Positions 35,564 through 45,000 of a stretch of DNA of 64,000 nucleotides are shown here, piece after piece (the stretch's first letter is position 1; each line of letters opens with the position of its first letter). A program made the position numbers and the translations under genes. The notes under the pieces were generated by a model that ran no database searches, was not told the DNA's origin, and worked only from the letters and a program-made list of their open reading frames with translations. Source of the stretch: a virus; the IMG/VR virus record IMGVR_UViG_3300050821_004119, positions 6,312-70,311 of that record; one strand, given 5' to 3'.

Positions 35564-36292
35564 ATGATCAGTCTTAGCACGACGCAGGTTAGAAATTTGT
35601 TACAATTGCCAGAACGGCCATACGAAGATACCAGATTTTTCGATGGTAGCAAATTTTACGATCTCGAACGATATGAAATCGTAAGAATTCTGTCAATGAG
35701 CGGCACTGCATCTGGTTCTTCCTATCTCTTTCGCAATGGTCTTGATTTCAATTTGAATTACGACTCAATTGATTTCACTGGTGCTGCTGTTCCTCCAGAT
35801 ATTAATACGGCGTTCACGACAGATTATACCTATTCACGTCTTGGTTCTTCCTTGGCGAGCAGTGCTGTTGCTAACGCGATTCTGATAACAACATTTGATC
35901 TTGGTGCAAAATATCCATATGCTTCCACAAGCATTGATGGTATTAACACTGATCAATTGGCTACTTTTGTTTGTGCATTCAAGGCCTGCGCTGAGATTAC
36001 GCGCGGCATGTCTGTATCTGAAATCGAACTTGCACAGAAGGTTCGTCGCGGTTCAGTGCTGTTTGATGACAGCAAGAAAACCTCTGACTTCCTAGATGAA
36101 ACCCTTAAATGGGAAATGCATTATAAAAAGTATCTTTCTATGGTTCGTCCTCTAGGCATGATCCGTGGATTTAATTTAATTCGTCCGGTCGTAGGCAATT
36201 TGGTATTAGGAGAAGCTGGTCGATTTGCATTTGACGGTTTGTTCGACGGCGTAAATTCTATCAGTGGTGAGCCCTTCGGTGGCGCGTTCTAA
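35564..36292 (+). CDS. head-tail adaptor (probable)
   Basis: Synteny; AAGGAGG RBS. Confidence 0.55.
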   Translation: MISLSTTQVRNLLQLPERPYEDTRFFDGSKFYDLERYEIVRILSMSGTASGSSYLFRNGLDFNLNYDSIDFTGAAVPPDINTAFTTDYTYSRLGSSLASSAVANAILITTFDLGAKYPYASTSIDGINTDQLATFVCAFKACAEITRGMSVSEIELAQKVRRGSVLFDDSKKTSDFLDETLKWEMHYKKYLSMVRPLGMIRGFNLIRPVVGNLVLGEAGRFAFDGLFDGVNSISGEPFGGAF

Positions 36293-36861
36293 TGTCGGTA
36301 CTCAGGCGTAGTTTGGCGCAACGCGAGTTTAACAATATCCTGAAGCGATCTGCCCCCAGGAAATTGCAATTAATTCGCGCACTCCCATTAAATTGCACCG
36401 GCGGTAACTGCTTCCAAAATGGTCGCGGTTCTGTTTCTGCATTATGCCCGATATGCGACGGAACAGGTTATTTAACTGGTAGTCAATCCGGTGGGGCCGC
36501 GCAAAACCCTCCGTTCTCACAAGCACCCTACGCGACGACTTACCTTATATATGCTGACGTACAGCTTGGGCACGGCCTTTACGGCTCCGGCGGCGACTAT
36601 ATCAGGCTCATTGCCGATCTTGGTAAGCAAGATATTGGCGATGCTACGATTTTCTGTGAAATGTGGGGAATTGATCACGCGACGGGTAAGGTTATTTATC
36701 CTGTGATCGACCCTACGTTACCGCGACCGGATATGATTATCAGTGTTTATGGCAAGCCTTATAATGTGATCAGAGAGATTATAGCCGAGATCGGTAATGA
36801 GCAAATTTGCAGAATTTTTAGCGCCAATGAAGGTAGCTTCGGAGTGATGGGTACACGATAA
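36292..36861 (+). CDS. head closure protein (probable)
   Basis: C..C..CPICDGTGY motif; synteny. Confidence 0.55.
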   Translation: MSVLRRSLAQREFNNILKRSAPRKLQLIRALPLNCTGGNCFQNGRGSVSALCPICDGTGYLTGSQSGGAAQNPPFSQAPYATTYLIYADVQLGHGLYGSGGDYIRLIADLGKQDIGDATIFCEMWGIDHATGKVIYPVIDPTLPRPDMIISVYGKPYNVIREIIAEIGNEQICRIFSANEGSFGVMGTR

Positions 36862-37367
36862 TGTTTAGTGTTGAAGCAATTAATATCCCTATTGATCTCG
36901 AAGCGAAGTTACTGACGGCTCTTTCTCCTGAGAACCTAACGATCAGGACTATTGCAATTGCCAAAGAAGCTGGTACAATATTACTGAATCATGCCGTACA
37001 GGCTTGTATCGACAGTGTGTACAGTGCTTCAAGTCTAACTACTGATCCAGAACACGAATATGAAAGAACACTAGCATTATTAGATTCACATTATGTCGAT
37101 GATCAAGACCTGGAACAGTTTATAGGAATTGATCCCACCGCCGAAGCGGTTGATCCTCACTCGGGTAGAGAAATGGTGCTGGATTATGCGATTCCAATTC
37201 ATGAGGGGTATACGCAACATTATTTTGGCCACAACACTGGCAATTTTGTTGTCGGCAAGCCGTGGTTTGATCAAACTGTCGCTGAAGCTGCACCGATCAT
37301 TACTGCTTTTATCATTGAGGCTTATTCCACAATAGTTGAAGAGATATTAATTGAGGCTTTTAGGTGA
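36861..37367 (+). CDS. neck/tail completion protein (HK97 gp10-like)
   Basis: YERT..L, YA..IHEG, GKPWF. Confidence 0.65.
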   Translation: MFSVEAINIPIDLEAKLLTALSPENLTIRTIAIAKEAGTILLNHAVQACIDSVYSASSLTTDPEHEYERTLALLDSHYVDDQDLEQFIGIDPTAEAVDPHSGREMVLDYAIPIHEGYTQHYFGHNTGNFVVGKPWFDQTVAEAAPIITAFIIEAYSTIVEEILIEAFR

Positions 37368-37852
37368 GGAAATTAAATGATCTTAAATTACACGATTTAA
37401 AAGTCGATGAATTTGAGTATATTATTTCTTATTGTAAAATTCTCAATATTTCAATCTCCAGAAAACATCGTCAATGTCTTTATAATCACAGTCATAAAGA
37501 TACTAGGAAAAGGTTGACTTTTCACAATAGTCCTAGAAGTAAGGCTTATTATCAAGAAAATAAGCAAAAACTAAGTAGCAATCATAAACAAAGATTATTG
37601 GATCAAAAATCTCAAGTAATTGAAGCATACGGTGGTAAATGTAATTGTTGTGGAGAAACTGGCCCTAAATTTTTATCTATTGATCATATTTTTAATGATG
37701 GCTCTAAGGTTAGATCAATAGAAGGTAAGGGATCAATGGTTTATTATTACCTAATAAAACATAATTTTCCTAAAGAACGTCATCAGTTGTTATGCATGAA
37801 CTGTAATTTTGGTAAACATATGAACGGCGGCATTTGTCCGCATAAGGAATAG
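37364..37852 (+). CDS. HNH endonuclease inserted in the neck module
   Basis: YGGKCNCCGE..LSIDH..QLLCMNCN. Confidence 0.85.
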   Translation: MRKLNDLKLHDLKVDEFEYIISYCKILNISISRKHRQCLYNHSHKDTRKRLTFHNSPRSKAYYQENKQKLSSNHKQRLLDQKSQVIEAYGGKCNCCGETGPKFLSIDHIFNDGSKVRSIEGKGSMVYYYLIKHNFPKERHQLLCMNCNFGKHMNGGICPHKE

Positions 37853-37854
37853 CT

Positions 37855-38355
37855 ATGTACCCAATTGGCGAATCTTTTACGACATTAATGTCGGTGGCCT
37901 TTCTCAATAGTTTGCAAGATGCAAATATGATATTGCCTACGACCCTGGGTTCTTCTGCGCTCTTTCCCTCGGATAGAATCAAAATCGTATTAGGCAATGA
38001 TGCTGCTGTTGTCGGTTCTAAAGATGTAATTGCTCTTCCTCTTAATCTCCCAACTTCCTTTATAGCTATTGGAAGACCATACGGCACAGAACATGGGTAC
38101 TGTGGCGCGGATGTGAATACGGTTGTTCGTTGTTATATTCCCTTTTCCGTGTATGCAATGACAGCCGCAACTCAAGATGATATTGAACAGCGGTTATTGT
38201 TCTCTCGCCAACACCGTCAAAATGTCTATTCCTCTTATGGACTGGATATAATTGTCGCCTATACAAACGTCCGTGGTCGCCCTAGAACTCCGTCGCCGAT
38301 CACTGGCCTCTTTGTCGTAGATTATGCCTATGAATTCTATTATGATCGTTCTTGA
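37855..38355 (+). CDS. tail terminator (probable)
   Basis: Synteny, just before the tail tube gene. Confidence 0.55.
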   Translation: MYPIGESFTTLMSVAFLNSLQDANMILPTTLGSSALFPSDRIKIVLGNDAAVVGSKDVIALPLNLPTSFIAIGRPYGTEHGYCGADVNTVVRCYIPFSVYAMTAATQDDIEQRLLFSRQHRQNVYSSYGLDIIVAYTNVRGRPRTPSPITGLFVVDYAYEFYYDRS

Positions 38356-38357
38356 TC

Positions 38358-38410
38358 TCAGGATTGTGACATAATAGTTATTGATATAACACTCTATGTT
38401 TTAAGGGTGT
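38358..38410 (+). promoter_or_regulatory. putative late promoter (second copy)
   Basis: TCAGGATTGTGAC-ATAATAGTTA..CTATGTTTTA..GGTG. Confidence 0.6.
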
Positions 38411-38455
38411 ATAGCGGATATTATTCTATTTTCATTTTAATTTAGGAGCACTACC

Positions 38456-39175
38456 ATGGCGCAAAAAACTTTAACAGGCCGTAATATCCGTTGGTATTTC
38501 AATGGTAAAGCGTTTGCCATGAGCCGCGTGACTTCATTGAAGCCGGATGTTACCCAGGGACTTGATAAGGTCCTCGAATGCGGTAATCCCCGGATTATCG
38601 AATATGCCAAGAAAGTTCCTGAGAATGCGATTTCTCTTGGTTTCACGATTATTAATAAAGCACAGATGGCTGTTGCTATGGGTCAGTCTTTGTCCGTATC
38701 TGCTGCCGTCGGTGAAGTTCCAGACTTGCCAGACAATATTGACATCGTTGAGCGTCGTATTCAACCCGGTACTGAAGGTACGTTGAGTGAAACCGTACAG
38801 GGTTACACGCTGTATCAAGCGGTCATGGTTGAGAAAAAAGCATGGGATCAAGAAGTTGATAAACTGTTAGCTGCTACGGTTTCTGCGAAATCTTCAGAAC
38901 CCCGCGATTTCGAAGGTATTGCTGGAATCAATTTCCAGAATTTCACTGGCGACGGCTCTACGACTGCGTTTGTTCTTGCTTCACATAGCGCGAACAACCT
39001 GTTAAAAGATGGTACGCTTGTGATTCGTGCGGAAGCGCCTTTGGGCACTGTTCTTAAATACGGTAGTGTCAATGATTACACTGCAGCAAGCACGTCGTCA
39101 ACGACAACCGTTACGTTCAATGTTGCACCTGCTTCGTCAAGCGTTGCAAACATTCTTGTGGTCTACGCATCGTAA
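38456..39175 (+). CDS. major tail tube protein with C-terminal beta (Ig-like) extension
   Basis: Synteny; FTGDGSTTAF..VTFNVAP..ILVVY domain. Confidence 0.72.
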   Translation: MAQKTLTGRNIRWYFNGKAFAMSRVTSLKPDVTQGLDKVLECGNPRIIEYAKKVPENAISLGFTIINKAQMAVAMGQSLSVSAAVGEVPDLPDNIDIVERRIQPGTEGTLSETVQGYTLYQAVMVEKKAWDQEVDKLLAATVSAKSSEPRDFEGIAGINFQNFTGDGSTTAFVLASHSANNLLKDGTLVIRAEAPLGTVLKYGSVNDYTAASTSSTTTVTFNVAPASSSVANILVVYAS

Positions 39176-39228
39176 GAACTAGAAAAATTCAAGTGGTTCA
39201 AAACCACATCAAATTGAGGAGATTATTC

Positions 39229-40533
39229 ATGAGTTCAGACAAAGTTTCTAATTTAATACCATCGGTAACTACGGCGACCGATGGTATTGCTATTGCCAAA
39301 AGGCATACCATTCTTGCGATAAGCGATTTTGGAACTTCCGGCATCAGCGAGAGTGCCCGTTTACCTCTATACCATTTTCACGAGCAAGGCCATATCATTT
39401 GGCACCTTGCGCTCGGTTTCAATGGTATTGTTGCAACCGTAGATCGCTCTCTGTATCCTTGGGCTGACAGATTGTTGCCGATTTTCCCCCGCAGTGAAGA
39501 GACAAAATTCGGACAACTGCAGATACGCCAGGCGTTAGAGATCGCGAAGCCAAGTATCATTTTGAGTACCTTCGACATTTGGATGACCGAGTACCTTGTG
39601 CATCCTGAAAAATCAAATAGCCTTGACGACGCGACGAAGGAAATTCTGTCGCACCAAAAACGCAAATTTCATCATATTCTTTATTTTCCTATTGACGGTT
39701 TACAAGAAGGTAAATATCTTCCTGTCGGTATGGATGATAGCGTACTAGGCGCAGATTCGCCCATTACGTATTCTAAGTTCTCGCGCGATGCCATTAAATT
39801 CAATACGAATATTGATGTCCCATTCATACCAATCCCCCACAATCCTGCAATTTACCGACCGCTTGACAAAAAAGAATGCCGTCGTAAGATGCACCTCAAT
39901 GAAGATGCATTTATCGTAGGAATGATTGGTACGAACCAGTATCGAAAATCCTGGGGACATTTCATGGACGGCGTAGTACCACTTGCACAAAAACACAAGG
40001 ATGTGCTTATCCTTCCTTATACCAACTGGTCGCAGATGTTAATGGGTGGGGCGGATATTAAGTCACTTATTTACCGCAGTGGACTCGAAGATCGCGTAAT
40101 TGATCCTTCTGGATTATGTGGAAAACTGGATGACGAAGGCATGGCGATTTTGTATAATTGTCTCGATGTTTGTGTATTAGCAACCGTTGGAGAGGGCTGT
40201 GGTCTTCCTCCCCTCCGCGCCCGCGCATGCGGTATTCCTGCTCTCGTTACCGCAAATACCAGCAATACCGAATTCTTTGGACATCCCTTCGAAGGTATTA
40301 AAGTAAAAGCAAAATACTTCGACAATTTCGGTTCAAATCTGGAACGATACATTACCGATTCTGACGACCTCCGCGAGAAACTGGAAATCCTGTACAACAA
40401 TCCCGAGTTTCGAAACGAAGTAGGACAGGCTGGATTAACGCATATGAAACAATTCGAAGTCGATAAAGTAATGCCACTTTGGGACGATGTTCTTGCAAAG
40501 ATTCCTGTTCGCACAGATGAGGTGGCGCAATGA
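39229..40533 (+). CDS. glycosyltransferase (GT4/GT-B)
   Basis: GTNQYRK, LYNCLD, GEGCGLPPL..ACGIP; GAGGAG RBS. Confidence 0.88.
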   Translation: MSSDKVSNLIPSVTTATDGIAIAKRHTILAISDFGTSGISESARLPLYHFHEQGHIIWHLALGFNGIVATVDRSLYPWADRLLPIFPRSEETKFGQLQIRQALEIAKPSIILSTFDIWMTEYLVHPEKSNSLDDATKEILSHQKRKFHHILYFPIDGLQEGKYLPVGMDDSVLGADSPITYSKFSRDAIKFNTNIDVPFIPIPHNPAIYRPLDKKECRRKMHLNEDAFIVGMIGTNQYRKSWGHFMDGVVPLAQKHKDVLILPYTNWSQMLMGGADIKSLIYRSGLEDRVIDPSGLCGKLDDEGMAILYNCLDVCVLATVGEGCGLPPLRARACGIPALVTANTSNTEFFGHPFEGIKVKAKYFDNFGSNLERYITDSDDLREKLEILYNNPEFRNEVGQAGLTHMKQFEVDKVMPLWDDVLAKIPVRTDEVAQ

Positions 40534-41144
40534 GATATATAATTATAAGTCCCAACGCCATTAACGACTCATACGTTAAACAGATTGGTGATCTCCGTAC
40601 TGAATTTATGCAGAATGCCCGTGTTACGACTGACGCTGGCGAATCTGTGCCGATGGAAGTAGTCCAACTAACCGATGGCGATTATGATGAGAAGAAGACT
40701 CTCAATGGTTCTTGGGCAAGTATGCAGGAATTTAATGAGAAGGTTCTTCCTGATTTAAATCTATATTTGAAATTGCAGATTCGTCACAAGACACAGGATA
40801 TTGTTCATGTTGATCTTGGTAAGTCTTTGATCACATTGTACATGGCATACTTCGCAATCAATGCTGGTATCTCGACTAACATCAGTTGGCATATGCCTGA
40901 TCCTAAGGACGAGAAGCCGACATTCAATATCGGTGGAGAAAGTGCATATTCGAATCCCCGCAATAACTTACGTCGTTATCTTGCCAGTCAGATTATGCAA
41001 AAGTCTATGAATGTTTTTATCGACAGTCCTACAATTGTCGATGTATTAAATCGCTTATTTCCCAGGATTGATCGCGAACTGCATATTGATCCGTTGATAG
41101 AGATTCGCGAATCCGAAGAGGAGATAGAAAATGTCACACCATGA
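40530..41144 (+). CDS. hypothetical protein coupled to the glycosyltransferase
   Basis: ATGA overlap with the GT gene; alpha/beta pattern. Confidence 0.65.
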   Translation: MRYIIISPNAINDSYVKQIGDLRTEFMQNARVTTDAGESVPMEVVQLTDGDYDEKKTLNGSWASMQEFNEKVLPDLNLYLKLQIRHKTQDIVHVDLGKSLITLYMAYFAINAGISTNISWHMPDPKDEKPTFNIGGESAYSNPRNNLRRYLASQIMQKSMNVFIDSPTIVDVLNRLFPRIDRELHIDPLIEIRESEEEIENVTP

Positions 41145-41364
41145 AGACCGCGAGAATCTGAAAATGATGATTCGCTCTACGGTCGAACAAAGATTTGGCA
41201 CGGCGGCGGACTCGGTTCGCAACTTTGTTGAGAAAAAGGAAATCCCGCTGTCGATTGGCGAGATCATACAGAAGTTCATTCGTACCCAGGGGAACTATGC
41301 GATTAGGACTCTTGAGGCACATATTGATCATCATGAAGTTACATACAAGAAACAAGGAGATTAG
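41131..41364 (+). CDS. hypothetical protein
   Basis: GAGGAG RBS, 77 aa. Confidence 0.6.
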   Translation: MSHHEDRENLKMMIRSTVEQRFGTAADSVRNFVEKKEIPLSIGEIIQKFIRTQGNYAIRTLEAHIDHHEVTYKKQGD

Positions 41365-41366
41365 TC

Positions 41367-41789
41367 ATGTCAGTAGTTCGTATCCCCCGCAAAATCAAGA
41401 CCTTCGAATATGAGGGTTCAAAATTTGGTATTCGTCGTCTGCGTGTTGGCGAGATGGCTGAACTTACCCGCCTTACTTCCCTGTACCTTCTTTCAACCCG
41501 TCAAGAGTTGAAACAGGTCGTTGAAGATAAGATCACGGAATTCGCCGTTGTTCAGGGTGACCTGCATTTGATGCACGAAGCCCAAGTGTACCTAGCGAAA
41601 ACCGCTGTTATCGACCTCGAAAAACAGAATGCGATTTTCTTCGGCGACGAGAAGATTGAAGATGTGGACAATGACTTTGTGAGTGCCGCGTGGACCTGCT
41701 ACAATACCGACGACACTGTGAAGGTTGAAAGTACTTCTGATCGCCCTTTGGAGCCCGTAGCGACTCCTCCGGCGACGACATCCGTCTAA
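41367..41789 (+). CDS. tail assembly chaperone (gpG-like)
   Basis: Upstream of the tape measure gene; slippery site near the 3' end. Confidence 0.8.
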   Translation: MSVVRIPRKIKTFEYEGSKFGIRRLRVGEMAELTRLTSLYLLSTRQELKQVVEDKITEFAVVQGDLHLMHEAQVYLAKTAVIDLEKQNAIFFGDEKIEDVDNDFVSAAWTCYNTDDTVKVESTSDRPLEPVATPPATTSV

Positions 41790-42040
41790 GACGAAACATT
41801 CTAAGTATAGCTGAGTATTTCCATATCAATCCGCTGGATGTTCATAAATGGGAATACTGCTACTTTTTAGAGGTAGTAGAGGATGTAAATCGTTTAGTTG
41901 AGGAGAAGAATGCAAGGCAAATGGATAAGAATCCTGAGCCTGAAAAGAATGAAGATGGGACATACTTCGATAGCGAGTATCAAGAAGCCCATACCTTAAC
42001 AAACGAGGAAATGATGTCTGAATTAGAGGGGTCTTTCTAA
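41744..42040 (+). CDS. -1 frameshift extension of the tail chaperone (gpGT-like)
   Basis: C CCT TTG slippery heptamer 41744-41750; -1 frame open to TAA 42040 (..DDIRLRRNILSIAEYFHINPLDV..) with no start of its own. Confidence 0.8.
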   Translation, partial: PFGARSDSSGDDIRLRRNILSIAEYFHINPLDVHKWEYCYFLEVVEDVNRLVEEKNARQMDKNPEPEKNEDGTYFDSEYQEAHTLTNEEMMSELEGSF

Positions 42041-45000
42041 ATGTTTGAACGCAGTATTGGAATCAGATTAACCTTGTTGCCTGCCTTCGCAGAAGCGACA
42101 AAGTTAATTCTGTCCAATATTGGTGAGATTAATAAGGGATTGCAGTCCATCAATGAACAGGGTTCAAAGATTAATGTTAATGGATTGCAGACTTTAAATA
42201 AGGAATTATCTAGTCTAGTTGGTGCGGCTGGTGCAGCGAAGACTGCAATTGAAGCATTAAATGGCATCAAGATTTCCAAGAGTACTTTATCGGCATTAGA
42301 AATTGGAATGACTGGTGTCGCTAAGTCGGCTAAGGTTGCAAAGGAAGCGATCAAGGAAACTGAAGTTCAGGTAGCACAGACCGCTACCGTCGTTGAAGCG
42401 AAGACCGCAGAGATGACTAAGGGATTTTTCAATTTAGCTGAAGAGGTAATGTTTGCTGAAAAGGCTTTAGCAAAACTTGCTCTTTTTGCTATGCCGAAAA
42501 TGACCGAACCTATCGTTGGAATGAAGAATTTGACTGCGCACATTATGCTTGCAGAACAAGCAATGCGAAGACTCGACACCTTTGTTCCTAAAAATTTAGA
42601 AGATACAGTAATGCGACTGAATTCCGGCCTGCGGAATATGGTTGCTTTGTCATCTGGTGCTGGCGCTTCTCCGATGGCCTTGGGACCGGGACCTTCTTGG
42701 TCTACCGGAAGTAATCAATACGGTACGCGCAATATGTCGCTTGGTGCTGGCGGCACCCCAGAAGAAGCAAGACCTTGGTCGTCTGTTACTGGCGACCGCC
42801 CGAATATGCTTGGTTCTGGTAATTGGGCTGGAAATAATATTACACCTTACGGTCAGCGAAATGTTACGCCAGGTTCTAGTGCCTATGAATCTGGTTATGG
42901 CGGACAATCGTATTCTGGTGCTGCTGGAGCGATTACACCTTATGTTCAGGATTTAGGTCAGGGTAGATTTATTCCAAAAGGTGTTCCAGGTCGCCCTGAT
43001 TACGGAGCTATGCCTCCTGCTGAATTTGGTAATAATGTAGCTAAATTCGGTAGTGCAATTTCAAGATTTGGCGATCAAACTCAATCATTTGGTTGGTCAG
43101 CAATAATGCCCGCAATGATGGCGGCTAGTGTTGCTGTTCCTGCGATTACAAGCCAAATGGATTTGCAAGACTTATATGCCGTTGCTCATGAAGCATTGCA
43201 AGCCTCAAACGTAAGACCAGAACATTATGCTGCCAATATGAAGGGTGCAGAAGATGTATCTACAAAATTTGGTGGTTCATTAAGAGAAAATATATCTGGT
43301 GTTTATACATTTATTTCTTCATTACCAACGGCAATTGATTTAAATAATCAAAAAAATATTGATTTAATGAATCAATCATATGAACAAATAACAAAAGGTG
43401 GATTAGTTGGTGGTCGTTCTACACATCCGGTATCTCAAGAACATGCGATTCTTGATATTTTAGCATCTGTATCTAATTTGGGCATGCCTATGAAAAATGC
43501 CGTACAATTAAGTCAGTCAATTAATACCCTTACCGATGTATATACTAATATCAAAAATAGGACATCTACGGACTTTGATTTACTTGGTAGTTCAGTTCGT
43601 AATATTGGTGCAATTGCTCATAACATGGGAATATCTTGGGAAGATACCATGACGATGGTAGGATTACTAGCAAAAGGAAAATATCGTGGTTCTGTAGCTG
43701 GTACTTCAATGAAGAGATTGTTCTCTCGTCAAACTATGGATCCGGCTCAAGCAAGAAAAGTAGAAGAAACTGTTGCTCATTTCGGCGGCAATGTTTCTAT
43801 GTTCGATCATGGAAAAGTTCGATCTCCATTAGACTGGATTGCAGATGTTGCTAAATTTGAAGACCAACATCTGAAAGGTCCACAATTTGCTAAAGCAAGA
43901 ATGCAATTAGAAGGTGGATTATCTGGTCTTTATCCTGGTGCTCCATTTGGAGAAATGGTTAATCTTTCTCGTGTAATGGGTGGTTCTAAAGGTTTTGCTG
44001 AATTTAAGAAATCACTTATTGGTGGTGCCCCTGGTGCAACTGATAGAGCAGCAGAAACCCGTGATATGGGTGGTAAGAATATTAAGTTTGAATCACAGAA
44101 GATTGATAATACTTGGCAGTTGGAGATGGCAAAAACCTTCAAAATGATGGGACCAGATATTATTAATGTTCTTCATTCTATTCAGGACTTGATTAAAGTA
44201 TGGGATGGACTTTCTGATCCGGTCAAAGAATCTACTGTTCGTATTGCCGCATTCACTGTTGCGTTACTTGGTATTACTGGTATTGCTGCTATTTTCATTG
44301 GCAATTTCACTAAAATTGGTGGATTTGCAATTTCCGCAGGTGGTAATTTCATCAAATTGTCGGAACATTTACTTGGTTGTTCTGGTGCTGCCAATATTCT
44401 AAAAACAAGTTTGGTTGATAAACTCGCTGCATCAACCAGGGGAATTCTTGCTCCTGCATTAACCGCCGTAAAAACTGGATTAATGGGGATGGTTAGGGCG
44501 TTTGCTGCATCAGATATTGCCATTGCTGCAACCGAATTATTATTAGGTCCAGTCGGTTGGATCATTCTTGGTATTGGTGCTATTACTGGTGGTTTTGCTC
44601 TTGCCTGGTCGAAAGATTGGGGCGGTATTCGAGAGAAGGTTGCTAATTTTCCTGCATTCCTAGGTGAGATCGTTGGACATATTCAAGTTTGGTTCGGGCA
44701 TATTCCAGAACATTTACGGGATGCTGGTAACAAAATTAAAGAAATTTGGACCGGACTATGGGATGGCGTATTTGGTATTTTCAAAAATATTTGGCAAGGA
44801 ATTAAAGATATAATTTCTGGTGGTTTTCATTTCCCGGCAATTCATGTCAATTGGCCGCATCCTCCTGATTGGTGGGGGAAGACACAAGAAGAATTCCGTA
44901 AAGGACAAGCTAAGGGTGTTGCTGCTGAAGAAAAATCTGAAGGTATTACACATGCTACTTTTGGTACTTCACCTATGTCTCTGTTGTCCGGCGGTAATCA

